Below, piece by piece: positions 44,183 to 53,160 of a stretch of DNA of 64,000 bases. The notes under the pieces were generated by a model, which was not told the DNA's origin, ran no database searches, and saw only the letters and a program-made list of their open reading frames with translations. Position 1 is the first letter of the stretch. Each line of letters begins with the position of its first letter. The position numbers and the translations under genes are program-made. Source of the stretch: a phage. The DNA is taken from the sequence record PZ445428.1. The stretch is one strand, 5' to 3'.

Positions 44183-44614
44183 ATGCAAAAGGTTGATAAA
44201 GCACTCTTAATCGCAGCAGCAGATAAGTTTGAACAAGTTAAAGCTACTTTTAGAGCAGTCTTCCAGACCTATGTTCAAGACAAATCAAACCCTATTTCTG
44301 AACGTTTGATGATGTGGGAATGTTTTGCTTGTAATGCTCTGCTAATTTCCGATTATAAGGGAGAAGTATCTGAGGAGTTACACGAGATCTTTATTAATGA
44401 AGATACTCCACGCTATCAGTTAGTGAACTTCCAAGATCTGGCTGAGCAAGTTATTCCTGATGATCTTTGGGACAAGTATTACGGTGATCCTGAAGAAGAT
44501 GGTATGGAACCTGAGAAGTGCATCGAACTGATCTGTAAAGATCATCCGCATATTGCGGAAAAGTTTGAAGCGGTATTTGCTTCTGAGTTCTCCGGTTTTG
44601 TGAATGACTGGTAA
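44183..44614 (+). CDS. hypothetical protein (143 aa)
   Basis: ORF track. Confidence 0.55.
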   Translation: MQKVDKALLIAAADKFEQVKATFRAVFQTYVQDKSNPISERLMMWECFACNALLISDYKGEVSEELHEIFINEDTPRYQLVNFQDLAEQVIPDDLWDKYYGDPEEDGMEPEKCIELICKDHPHIAEKFEAVFASEFSGFVNDW

Positions 44615-44631
44615 TTAATTTAAAAATTCAC

Positions 44632-44660
44632 TTGCTTGATGCTTCAAAATGCTGTATAAT
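44632..44660 (+). promoter_or_regulatory. early promoter cassette (-35 TTGCTT, -10 TATAAT)
   Basis: Hexamers with 17-bp spacer. Confidence 0.6.
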
Positions 44661-44692
44661 AGCTTCATAAATTAATGAGAGAGGATTCAAAC

Positions 44693-44944
44693 ATGGAAAA
44701 CATGACTAAAAACGAAATGGCAAACGTATTGGCTATCCTGCTGGATATGCAGGGTCTGGAAGGTCAGCTGATGAAGATGTCCATTCCGGCAATGAAGAAG
44801 ATGTATGATTCTCTGAACAAGAACGCTATGGCATTCAACCTCGCTAAACAAGAAGCACGTTTTGCGAAAGAGCATCAGGCAACTGCCGAACGTCGTGCAG
44901 CTTCCTTTGAGCGTGAAGTTAAACAACTGAAAGGTAAGAAATAA
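44693..44944 (+). CDS. hypothetical protein (83 aa)
   Basis: ORF track 44675..44944 trimmed to ATG after cassette RBS. Confidence 0.5.
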   Translation: MENMTKNEMANVLAILLDMQGLEGQLMKMSIPAMKKMYDSLNKNAMAFNLAKQEARFAKEHQATAERRAASFEREVKQLKGKK

Positions 44945-45342
44945 TGACTAATGGAAAATTCTTACTTGTACTAGGGCTGAATGCTCTAGTTTCTATAGCT
45001 ATCACACTCGGTGTTACTGATTTTATGCTCAACCAACATGAGAAGAAGGAAGCACTTGAGCAAGTATATATTAGCCCTGAAATTAAAGCACAGGCAGAAC
45101 GTAATAAAATGCTCGCAGAAGCAAACCTTGTGCTTAATCAAGCAGAGTTTGATAAAGCTCTCTCGATATATTCAGGTGCTAAAATAAAAGATGCGCATGT
45201 GCTAAAGGATTTAGAAGAAATAAAGCATCAAATTGAAGAGGCCAAAAGATTTTGTAAATCAATTGACCAATCTTTAGAAAAAATCACGTTCTATAGAACT
45301 ATAAGCCCATATATTGAGTGTGGTCATGGAGTAGTTAAATGA
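44944..45342 (+). CDS. hypothetical membrane-anchored protein
   Basis: ORF track. Confidence 0.5.
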   Translation: MTNGKFLLVLGLNALVSIAITLGVTDFMLNQHEKKEALEQVYISPEIKAQAERNKMLAEANLVLNQAEFDKALSIYSGAKIKDAHVLKDLEEIKHQIEEAKRFCKSIDQSLEKITFYRTISPYIECGHGVVK

Positions 45343-45620
45343 TAACAGAAATTCTAATTGGATTGCTAGTAATTACAACGATAGCAGCAATCGGTGGTAT
45401 AATTGGCATCATTAATGCCAGTAAAAATATGGAAGCTATGAAGCTTACTAATGAAGGGTTACACAAACGTCTGGTCGAACAAGAAGAAGCTATTGAAATG
45501 GCTCAGCGAAGATCAGATATTCTTAAAGATAAACTAACAACTGTCGAGTCTCTGGCCGGAAACGTTAAACTGCCTGTTAAAATATTACGTGCACAGATTA
45601 TTACGGAGATTAAGAAATGA
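45339..45620 (+). CDS. hypothetical protein (93 aa)
   Basis: ORF track; overlapping start/stop. Confidence 0.5.
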   Translation: MITEILIGLLVITTIAAIGGIIGIINASKNMEAMKLTNEGLHKRLVEQEEAIEMAQRRSDILKDKLTTVESLAGNVKLPVKILRAQIITEIKK

Positions 45621-45862
45621 TTATGTTCCTCCTAGCGATGTATCTTGTTGTTATTGCGGTTCTGGTTCAAAAGTACCACACCTGGACTATTAAGAACGTT
45701 GCAAAAGTAGCACTGTTTATTATTCCAGTTCCGGTTCTTATCGTTGCCTTAGTTCTCACGATGATTGCGGGTAAGATCACCAAGACTAACGTTAAACGTA
45801 TTATCGACGAAATACAGCAATCTTCTGACCTAATCGAGGATATCCTGAAAGATGAAGCTTAA
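45617..45862 (+). CDS. small membrane protein (81 aa)
   Basis: ORF track. Confidence 0.5.
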   Translation: MIMFLLAMYLVVIAVLVQKYHTWTIKNVAKVALFIIPVPVLIVALVLTMIAGKITKTNVKRIIDEIQQSSDLIEDILKDEA

Positions 45863-46181
45863 TCACTTAGAAGCAACTTTACTGCACGAGTTCCTGGGTT
45901 TTGTTACTGATGGTTTCATCCAGACAGATGCCCAAACTACCGAAGTTCTCGGGCGGATTCGTGGGAAGCTAGAAGGTACGTTGGAAGATTTCTGGCGTCC
46001 ACTGTCTGAATTACCGCCACTTCAACTAAAGGTAATTGTTAAAGATATCGAGACTGGTGAAGAACGTGAAATGATCCGTAAAGAGTACGCGGATAGCTAT
46101 TCTCCAGCTTCTCTGATTATGCACCACGACGATGAACCAGAAACCCTCTGGACAGCCCATTACAAATGGCGTCTCCCGTGA
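45852..46181 (+). CDS. hypothetical protein (109 aa)
   Basis: ORF track. Confidence 0.5.
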   Translation: MKLNHLEATLLHEFLGFVTDGFIQTDAQTTEVLGRIRGKLEGTLEDFWRPLSELPPLQLKVIVKDIETGEEREMIRKEYADSYSPASLIMHHDDEPETLWTAHYKWRLP

Positions 46182-46281
46182 TTGAACTATCAACTGTTAC
46201 GGCAATCCTAGTCTTCGGTTTAGTGTTTGCCGTTTTCATTATTGTGGAGCAGGCCAAAGTAATAAGGAGACTTAAAAACAG

Positions 46282-46482
46282 ATGATCAATTTTTATAACC
46301 CTCGATTGCAAAAAGCAACATGGGATTACTTCATAATCCTGCCAGCCTTCATGCTAAGCTGCGCAATCATCAATATTATGTATCAAGAAGCTGGTTGGAC
46401 AGTTCAAGACTTCCATGTTTCGCAAGTTTTACCTTTTATGTATGAAGGCTTTATCGCAGCAATAAATGGAGTTCGCAAATGA
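46282..46482 (+). CDS. hypothetical protein (66 aa)
   Basis: ORF track. Confidence 0.4.
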   Translation: MINFYNPRLQKATWDYFIILPAFMLSCAIINIMYQEAGWTVQDFHVSQVLPFMYEGFIAAINGVRK

Positions 46483-46946
46483 CAGCACTACAGAGATTAC
46501 AAAACTACTGGTTTGATGGCCAATTTAACGATCTGTTTGTCCAGTTATTTGTCGAAACGAATGGACGCTTTAACTACCGCTTCTTCAACACATTCCACGA
46601 ATCTAAATACTCTCATACAGAAATTAACGCAGCGATTCAAGACCTCACAGGTTCTAAGGTAATTCCTTATCGTGATGTAGATTTCGCTCCTGATTGTTTC
46701 GGTTTTGAACTGTTTAAGAAAGCGTATAAATTCGGTAAGTTCGAGGATGCACGTCAATGGGTTCATGACTTTTGGTACAATACCGATATCGTTCCTAGTC
46801 GTGTTCTGATCCTCAACTGGATTGCAAAACAACATCCACCTAAGCAGCAAAGTTCGTTCCTCCCAACTGATACAAGGAATCTATACCATGACTCAAAAGA
46901 AAAATCCAGTTCTAGAGCAGATGAAGCAGTTGGAGAAGCGGATTGA
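46479..46946 (+). CDS. hypothetical protein (155 aa)
   Basis: ORF track. Confidence 0.5.
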   Translation: MTALQRLQNYWFDGQFNDLFVQLFVETNGRFNYRFFNTFHESKYSHTEINAAIQDLTGSKVIPYRDVDFAPDCFGFELFKKAYKFGKFEDARQWVHDFWYNTDIVPSRVLILNWIAKQHPPKQQSSFLPTDTRNLYHDSKEKSSSRADEAVGEAD

Positions 46947-47271
46947 GGAAGGCACTCTAGAAGGTCGAGATATTGTTAATCATGCCTTTGATCTTACTAC
47001 AGACCATGCTGACCCAATCGTTGCAGGTGAAACAGCAGATCTTATTGGTCTTTTAATGGCGGTTGGCCAGTTAATGGACATTACTCAGGAAGAGATTGAT
47101 AATGGTGAAGAAGTCACTGTTCAAGATGTTCTTGGTGCTATAGATCTAGTTGTTAATGCCTATGCTTATAAGCGTCGTCACGCAATTAACGAGTATTCAG
47201 TATCTCGTGAAATGACTGAATCATTACTTGAAACTGCTGACTTAGCTCTGCAAGGCAAGAAACTCCACTAA
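46888..47271 (+). CDS. hypothetical protein (127 aa)
   Basis: ORF track 46822..47271 trimmed to first ATG; still overlaps upstream ORF by 59 nt. Confidence 0.45.
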   Translation: MTQKKNPVLEQMKQLEKRIEEGTLEGRDIVNHAFDLTTDHADPIVAGETADLIGLLMAVGQLMDITQEEIDNGEEVTVQDVLGAIDLVVNAYAYKRRHAINEYSVSREMTESLLETADLALQGKKLH

Positions 47272-47277
47272 TCCTAG

Positions 47278-47307
47278 AGGCCAGGACTTAATTGTTCTGG
47301 CCTTTTG
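47278..47307 (+). terminator. rho-independent terminator
   Basis: AGGCCAGGA...TTCTGGCCT hairpin followed by TTTTGTGT. Confidence 0.6.
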
Positions 47308-47315
47308 TGTATACT

Positions 47316-47834
47316 ATGCGTGATAAAATAAATGATTTACTTTATGAGGAAGCTCTAGCTTTCCCATATAATAAGTTCACAAAGTCTGACGGTTCTATTA
47401 ATAGAACGAAGATTAGACAGTTACACCCTGACTTCCAACAAGAAGCACTAAACCTTATATTCGTTAGAAGAGCTATTAAAGCTCATGGTAAGTTCTTTGG
47501 GTATGAGAGAGTTAAGTATAGAACTATGCAACAGCAGGTTGAGATTTATTGTCCGGATCATGATGGATATTACTTGCAGACTGCACGTTCTCACTTAGAA
47601 GGTCATGGTTGCCGATTATGTGCGCACAAAGTTGTGACACGCCTTACAGAATATGGTGTGTATACCGTACCAGCATCTCTCCACAAATTTGTAGTTGACG
47701 GTGAGCACATAATTTGGTATAATAAAGATCAAAAGTTAAAACAGGAGTTAAAGAAAGATGGAGTACGTAGTTTGGTCAAACCCCTTAGCTCTCCTGTCCC
47801 ACAAACTGTTCAAGACGACGTGGGGAAGGAATGA
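47316..47834 (+). CDS. hypothetical protein (172 aa)
   Basis: ORF track 47292..47834 trimmed to ATG (MRDKIND...). Confidence 0.5.
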   Translation: MRDKINDLLYEEALAFPYNKFTKSDGSINRTKIRQLHPDFQQEALNLIFVRRAIKAHGKFFGYERVKYRTMQQQVEIYCPDHDGYYLQTARSHLEGHGCRLCAHKVVTRLTEYGVYTVPASLHKFVVDGEHIIWYNKDQKLKQELKKDGVRSLVKPLSSPVPQTVQDDVGKE

Positions 47835-48045
47835 GGTTGATATAAGTCTAACACCTTACCCAAATAATCATCCTCTAGTTCCTACCTTGTTTAAGGTAAG
47901 GATTAATGATAAAGAATACTTACTAGATTCTTTTGGACATGAATTTGTATTGGAAGCTATAGAGGACAATAGTATCTCTATGGGCGAATTAATTAATAGA
48001 GCAGCCACGTTCGACAAGAGCTGGATGCTAATCTGGAGTAACTAA
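47758..48045 (+). CDS. hypothetical protein (95 aa)
   Basis: ORF track; overlaps upstream ORF by 77 nt. Confidence 0.4.
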   Translation: MEYVVWSNPLALLSHKLFKTTWGRNEVDISLTPYPNNHPLVPTLFKVRINDKEYLLDSFGHEFVLEAIEDNSISMGELINRAATFDKSWMLIWSN

Positions 48046-48230
48046 TGGAAACCTTATTACTAGTAATACTTGGCGGCTCACTCTTAACCATCCTAGGCTT
48101 GATACTTGTATGCAGTCGCCTAAATGTTAAGAATCTAGAACTAAATAGTGAGAACGAAATTCTTAACCGAGAAATTAAACAACATAATATCGCAGCTTGT
48201 AAGCTATTAGATAAACTGGAGAATAAATAA
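48045..48230 (+). CDS. small membrane protein (61 aa)
   Basis: ORF track. Confidence 0.45.
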   Translation: METLLLVILGGSLLTILGLILVCSRLNVKNLELNSENEILNREIKQHNIAACKLLDKLENK

Positions 48231-48862
48231 TGTTTACACAACAATCTATCCAAGTAGTAGCAGACCATGAATTAGATACATGGGACTATAGTTTTAAAGA
48301 TCTAACTGCAACGGTTCAGTTCAAATCTATGAAGATGTCGTTTTTGCACACTGATCTGCAAGGTTGCAAGGATTTCGAAAGCAAACTCATGAGTGCTCGG
48401 GCTATCTTTGGCACGGCTCGCATCCCGGCTGATAACCTCATTAATGCACTGATCGATGCTGGATACAAACTCGTGAAGACTGAGGTGAATCGTCCTAGTA
48501 ATAACAGTATGCAGCTACCATCTTTAGGTTCTGGGTACATCACAGCTATGACAAATTCTGATAAAAGATTAATGTCGGATATGCACAATGTTAAACTTGG
48601 GGGTACTATTGAAGCCTCTACACCTTACCGAATTGGGGAAGCTGGTGGCACTGGAGCTACGGAGGTATTCAGAGAAGTAGCCCAGAAACAGTTCGAGGAC
48701 TCCGGAGCTTCTAGGAACCGTGTAATACCTTTGGATGCTAAAGCTTCTGGGAAGCAGATCTATACTGTGCATCTGAGTACACCATCTAGCAGAAATGAGA
48801 GCTTTGCTGATGCAGTTATGGAAGCTCTTGTAGATCTTACCAATGACAGTGGTTTTAAGTAA
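48230..48862 (+). CDS. hypothetical protein (210 aa)
   Basis: ORF track. Confidence 0.55.
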   Translation: MFTQQSIQVVADHELDTWDYSFKDLTATVQFKSMKMSFLHTDLQGCKDFESKLMSARAIFGTARIPADNLINALIDAGYKLVKTEVNRPSNNSMQLPSLGSGYITAMTNSDKRLMSDMHNVKLGGTIEASTPYRIGEAGGTGATEVFREVAQKQFEDSGASRNRVIPLDAKASGKQIYTVHLSTPSSRNESFADAVMEALVDLTNDSGFK

Positions 48863-48931
48863 GTAACACACAAGCCTCTACGGAGGCTTTAAAATAAAAA
48901 GCAGGTCATCTGACCTTAAAAAGGAAATACA

Positions 48932-49819
48932 ATGAGTACATATAATTTCAAAGACAAACTGAGACAAAATGCCGGTAAAGGGAAAACTAAGGAAACAAAT
49001 AACATTCCAAATGCTAAGATCCTACCATTCCCTGAACTAACCCAAGAAGAAAAAGATAAACTAGCATTTATGTTTGACACCTTGCTAGGGTTGAATGGGC
49101 GTTTATATTCTACGTTATCTTTAAATGAGAAACGTTTAGTGGAGTTCTTCGGAAAACGTTATCAAGTTACATCTAAGGGTAATGCTCTTAAAGAAGGAGA
49201 GAAACCCTACACAGTTATTAAGATTAGTGCATATGCACATCGTTTTTTAATTCGTGCGCTAGAGACAGAATACTTCACGTTACCCTCATTTAGTGCATTC
49301 CATATCTTCGAAGATGAACGAATGAATATTGATGATTTATATGGAGATCGTTATCAATATTCTGGAAGTCCTTTTCATGATGCATTGAGAAGCTACCCAA
49401 ATTGTTATCTACCAATCAGAGCATCACAAGGTAAAGCAAGTGTCTTTGCAGTGTATTCAGGATCTAAAGCATCTGATATAGAAACTTATATTTATAAAGA
49501 ACGCAGATCTGCTATTCCTGAAGAAGCACGTTATGAAAATCCAATCCTACCAACTAAAGAAGTCAAGGAAACCAAAACTTCTACTACTCAAACAGAATCT
49601 CCTTATCTGAAATTTGAGAAACAAACTGGATGGGTTCTAGAAATGGGTATAGCTTCACCGCTTGCTGCAGCATTCATCAATAGATATCTAGAAATTCCTG
49701 ACGAGTTCCACTCACGTTATAACACGAATATTCAGATCACTGATGAATTAATTGCAATTGCAAAAGATACACCTACAGATACCGAGGCGTATCAAAAAGC
49801 GTACCAAGAACTACTGTAA
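48932..49819 (+). CDS. hypothetical protein (295 aa)
   Basis: ORF track; AAAAGGAAA RBS. Confidence 0.55.
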   Translation: MSTYNFKDKLRQNAGKGKTKETNNIPNAKILPFPELTQEEKDKLAFMFDTLLGLNGRLYSTLSLNEKRLVEFFGKRYQVTSKGNALKEGEKPYTVIKISAYAHRFLIRALETEYFTLPSFSAFHIFEDERMNIDDLYGDRYQYSGSPFHDALRSYPNCYLPIRASQGKASVFAVYSGSKASDIETYIYKERRSAIPEEARYENPILPTKEVKETKTSTTQTESPYLKFEKQTGWVLEMGIASPLAAAFINRYLEIPDEFHSRYNTNIQITDELIAIAKDTPTDTEAYQKAYQELL

Positions 49820-49829
49820 ATATCTGCAT

Positions 49830-49858
49830 GTCTCGGTACACAATACCTGTACCGAGAC
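49830..49858. repeat. perfect 11-bp inverted repeat hairpin (GTCTCGGTACA...TGTACCGAGAC) at end of early gene array
   Basis: Read directly; no U-run follows. Confidence 0.6.
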
Positions 49859-50189
49859 AACAATACAAACTCTCGTTGACAGATAGATTAATGTATGTTA
49901 TCATAACTCTATGAGTTAATAAAATTAACCATTTAGAGTTGCCACACAGAAGGTGTGGTGGTTCAGGAATCTTAAATTACTGACTTGTAGCGTAGGATAC
50001 GGAGCGACAGGACAAGTCAACAGGTAATTTAATAAAGATTACTAGAAACATCACGAGACCTTCTGGCGGGGGCAAAGCTCTATATGAGAACCCTGGGGGA
50101 TCTTATACTTATATAAAAACTGATACTGTCAAATAGGTAAATTAACGTTCAAGATGATACACCGGTTGCCGCTCATCTGCTAGGATGGC

Positions 50190-50470
50190 TCAACACTTTC
50201 TTCTAGACTCCTAAGTTTCTAGGAAAACTCTCGATATCCAGGGCAGTTTTCATTATTCCTAGAAACTCTAGCAATAGGCGGTTAATACAGTAAACTGTCA
50301 TTTCAGTCGCTACCCTCCTTCAATGACAGGGCGGTTATAGGGAGGGCGGTTATTTCTAGGAGACATTTTTTGAAAACACATTTCTGGAAATTCTCATCGG
50401 ATTTGCACATTACATTTCTAGAAATTTATGGTCGGATTTGCACATTGATAGAAGACTCCAGAATTTCTAT
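50190..50470. repeat. cluster of TTTCTAGRAA-type palindromic motifs (about 6 copies)
   Basis: AGTTTCTAGGAAAACT, TTCCTAGAAACT, CATTTCTAGGAGA, TACATTTCTAGAAATTTATG, CCAGAATTTCTATG read in sequence. Confidence 0.5.
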
Positions 50471-50996
50471 GAACATTGAAAATAGCAGCATTATTTCGGG
50501 CCGAAGGCCCATGTTTGCCTGAGTTTTTAGAGCCACAGGAATTTTCACTTGTCAAGCAATTTTGCCCCCTTTAACTAATAAAATTTCACATAATCTCCAC
50601 CTATCTCAAATCTCCCCAAAACATCCCACATTATCCCCAAAAACGCAGCAAATAAGGCGTTTCACGCCATTTCCGCTGCCCCTTCCGTTTCTCCTCTTAT
50701 TTTCTCTCACTGCGTCAACTCTCACACAAACTCACACAATCACACACTCTCTCATCGAACTCACAAAAACTTCATCGGATTCGCACATCTTAACCCTAGA
50801 AAAATCATGTCGTATTTGCACATATGCGGCTGGATTTGTGCGCAGCACGAGTCTGCCCGAGTTTTTAGGAAAATTCATTGTCGGATTTGCACAATATAAA
50901 ATATTTTCGGGTCGGATTTGCACACTACCAAAAATTGTCGGATTCGCACATACACGCCCACGCGTAATTCATGGCGGCAAATGTCGGATTTGCACA
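50394..50996 (+). repeat. array of about 9 direct copies of 14-bp motif GTCGGATT(T/C)GCACA with irregular spacing
   Basis: Copies near 50397, 50431, 50775, 50809, 50830 (degenerate), 50880, 50911, 50937, 50983, all same orientation. Confidence 0.8.
50570..50760 (+). repeat. CA/CT-rich low-complexity tract (CTCACACAA repeats)
   Basis: Strand-biased pyrimidine+A composition; generates spurious Pro/Ser/Thr/His ORFs. Confidence 0.6.
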
Positions 50997-51039
50997 AAAG
51001 CGCAGGGCAAAATGAAAATGCCCTGCTGGCCGAAATGCG

Positions 51040-51175
51040 AATGATAATGAGAACGATTCGCATTTGAGAAGTTGAATGCGAATGAGAATGAGTCGCGTTT
51101 GGAAAGTGGAATGAGAATGGTTATTATTTACAGAGTTGAATGCGAATGAGTCGCATAATGAGAATGATTTGCATT
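51040..51175 (+). repeat. tandem GAATGCGAATGAGAATGA-family repeats
   Basis: GTTGAATGCGAATGAG twice plus several GAATGAGAATG units. Confidence 0.7.
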
Positions 51176-51204
51176 TAGGGAGGGAAGTGAGAAACACTGC
51201 TATT

Positions 51205-51305
51205 TAAGTTATCCACAGGTTTATCAACAGCACGATTTGACTTGACAAAACCCTAGCGATTTTGAGGCGTTTTCAACAGACTTATCAACAGGTTATCCTA
51301 CTGGA
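51205..51305. promoter_or_regulatory. cluster of DnaA-box-like 9-mers (one perfect TTATCCACA, plus TTATCAACA x2 and TTATCCTAC)
   Basis: Consensus TTATCCACA at about 51209-51217; related boxes at about 51221, 51282, 51293. Confidence 0.5.
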
Positions 51306-51345
51306 TAAATATACAGTATTCCTGCGTAGGGAATAACTCTAATAT

Positions 51346-51385
51346 AGCGTTTAAACGCTCTCAAACGCATTCTAAGCGGTTTAAT
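51346..51385 (+). repeat. copy A of ~30-bp repeat AAACGCTCT..AA.GC.ATTCTAAGCG.TTT
   Basis: Near-identical to copy at 54931-54968; inverted related copy at 54393-54430. Confidence 0.55.
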
Positions 51386-51691
51386 TTTGGAGGAGGTATT
51401 TTAATAAGGGGAAATTTGTTTGCAGGCAGAAAAGGCGGGGCCGATAGTTGCGCCCCGTTATTATTAGAGGAGTGGGCAATTATCCCGCTTTGCCATTTCG
51501 CGCCACTCCTCCCACTGTTTCACCTTGCGGCGATGTTCCAAAAACTTTTTAAACCACTGTTTCATAATGCCATCGCACCTAGAATGAGAATGATTATTAT
51601 TAACATTGCAAAGCCGTTCCCAAATCGTAAACGCTGGGAATGTTTCCCAGCGGTATTATTAGATTTATGGGATTGCGTTTTACGCCACCAG

Positions 51692-51877
51692 CTATTCACG
51701 GTAGACACGCCAGCCGTCATTAAACATTTCACGGCTGTAAAATTCATGATTGAATTTGTAACCGTCCTCAGTGGTGATCACTTCATATTTCATGAATAAA
51801 TATTCATGGATAGAAAAATAACGATGGGTTACTTTTTCACCTTCTAGCATAGCCTTTACAGCTTCATTTCTAGTCAT
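51692..51877 (-). CDS. hypothetical protein (61 aa)
   Basis: ORF track; start overlaps stop of upstream gene (ATGA); AAGGTGG RBS. Confidence 0.45.
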   Translation of the reverse strand: MTRNEAVKAMLEGEKVTHRYFSIHEYLFMKYEVITTEDGYKFNHEFYSREMFNDGWRVYRE

Positions 51878-52218
51878 TGCGCCACCTTTCGAAACGCTGT
51901 TTCAATACTTTCAGCGGTTGATTGAATATACGCGCCTTTCATAATCAGGCGCTCTGTACATACTTTGCGGAAAATATCAATAAATTCATCTTCATTTTCT
52001 GCAATCAAAGGCTCACCCATAACCTGAATATCGCATGAGTTAAAAGTAAGAAACTGAAAGGCAAGCTCGCGAGCGACAACGGCATTAATCTTATAATGTG
52101 CTTTTCCTTCATAGATGTTAACCACGCCTTTATAAACTGGTGAAAGCTGATTTAAATAGTTTGCTAACAATGCCGGACGGCAATTAGTTACAAAGCGGTT
52201 GCCTTCATAAATAACCAT
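51874..52218 (-). CDS. hypothetical protein (114 aa)
   Basis: ORF track 51874..52317 trimmed to ATG after AGGAG RBS. Confidence 0.5.
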   Translation of the reverse strand: MVIYEGNRFVTNCRPALLANYLNQLSPVYKGVVNIYEGKAHYKINAVVARELAFQFLTFNSCDIQVMGEPLIAENEDEFIDIFRKVCTERLIMKGAYIQSTAESIETAFRKVAQ

Positions 52219-52354
52219 TAGAAATATACTCCTGTTACCAGATTGTAGCACAAACGGACGGTAGCAGATATTGACAGCGCCACGGCACAAACGCCCCCAA
52301 ACGCCGCCACTATACAAACAACGGTTTCACAAGTTTTTTCAAAATCGCTTTTCA

Positions 52355-52567
52355 TTATAATACCCCACGAAAAGCAGCGTAAAAAGTAGCAAAGTGTTTA
52401 ACCGTTTCCGCTATCAAATTGCCGCGCTTATCAAATTTCTTTTCTGTAACACGGAAAGCGTTTTTGTTGCGCGGTACATATTCAATTTTGCAGTCGTCAC
52501 GCTCAAACGTGTTAACATCCACCAGCTTAAAACCTTTAGAACGGGCAAGGGATACATTTTTCAACAT
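52355..52567 (-). CDS. hypothetical protein (70 aa)
   Basis: ORF track; strong AGGAGG RBS. Confidence 0.5.
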   Translation of the reverse strand: MLKNVSLARSKGFKLVDVNTFERDDCKIEYVPRNKNAFRVTEKKFDKRGNLIAETVKHFATFYAAFRGVL

Positions 52568-52624
52568 TTTACTTCCTCCTAGTAAGGGAATTTTTTACTC
52601 CACCATTTCGGTGTAAAGGCATTA

Positions 52625-52657
52625 TAACAAAAAAGGCCGCCGATTAGGGCGACCTTT
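52625..52657 (-). terminator. hairpin terminator (minus strand)
   Basis: AAGGCCGC...GCGACCTT hairpin with A-run on plus strand to the left. Confidence 0.45.
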
Positions 52658-52670
52658 ACAAAACTTTACA

Positions 52671-53144
52671 TTACGCTATTTCTGTGACTTCAATACTGTA
52701 TAACTCTCTTAAAGCCTGAATGAGAACGTTGTACTCTTCCCATTCTTTCCCCTCGGGAATATATACAAGTTGCTTTAATCGGTTGGCGTATAATAACGCC
52801 TTGTTATCATTAATAGCTACGCCGCCGTGTTTAACAATCCATCGTGTAACAGTTCCAATCGGATCACCGCCATTAACATAAATACCTGATTGCGTCAACT
52901 GATATTTATAGAGGCTGCCTTCAATACTATTATCTTCAATGCCGCTTTCGAAATCCTCATCATTTTCGAAACGAGAAGCATTATCATATGCTAGTTCTTG
53001 GGCGAAAGCGTCCAGATCACAGCCAGCAGGAATAAAATGTTCCTCCGTCCAGTTCTCTCCGCAATAGCCCGTATTGCAATCTGATATAACGATCATATCG
53101 TGGTTAGCTTTCCCGCTAACAGGTAAACCGTATTTCTCTGACAT
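52671..53144 (-). CDS. hypothetical protein (157 aa)
   Basis: ORF track; AGGAGA RBS; CG-rich codon usage unlike the early region. Confidence 0.6.
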   Translation of the reverse strand: MSEKYGLPVSGKANHDMIVISDCNTGYCGENWTEEHFIPAGCDLDAFAQELAYDNASRFENDEDFESGIEDNSIEGSLYKYQLTQSGIYVNGGDPIGTVTRWIVKHGGVAINDNKALLYANRLKQLVYIPEGKEWEEYNVLIQALRELYSIEVTEIA

Positions 53145-53160
53145 TAATTAGTCTCCTAAC

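Noticed and set aside
50394-50996. Possible CRISPR array (short direct repeats)
   Set aside because: Repeats are only 14 bp, spacers are irregular (21-330 bp) and partly repetitive, and there are no cas genes; better explained as an iterated protein-binding / injection-stop-type repeat region.
50562-51044. 160-aa ORF (Pro/Ser/Thr/His-rich) and overlapping minus-strand ORFs 50732..50923, 50875..51063, 50925..51197
   Set aside because: Arise from CA-rich low-complexity and repeat DNA; no RBS or promoter; composition atypical of proteins.
51416-51799. 127-aa plus-strand ORF in the pre-early minus-strand block
   Set aside because: Antisense to better-supported minus-strand genes (51692..51877 and a small ORF below it); no RBS; hydrophobic junk-like composition.
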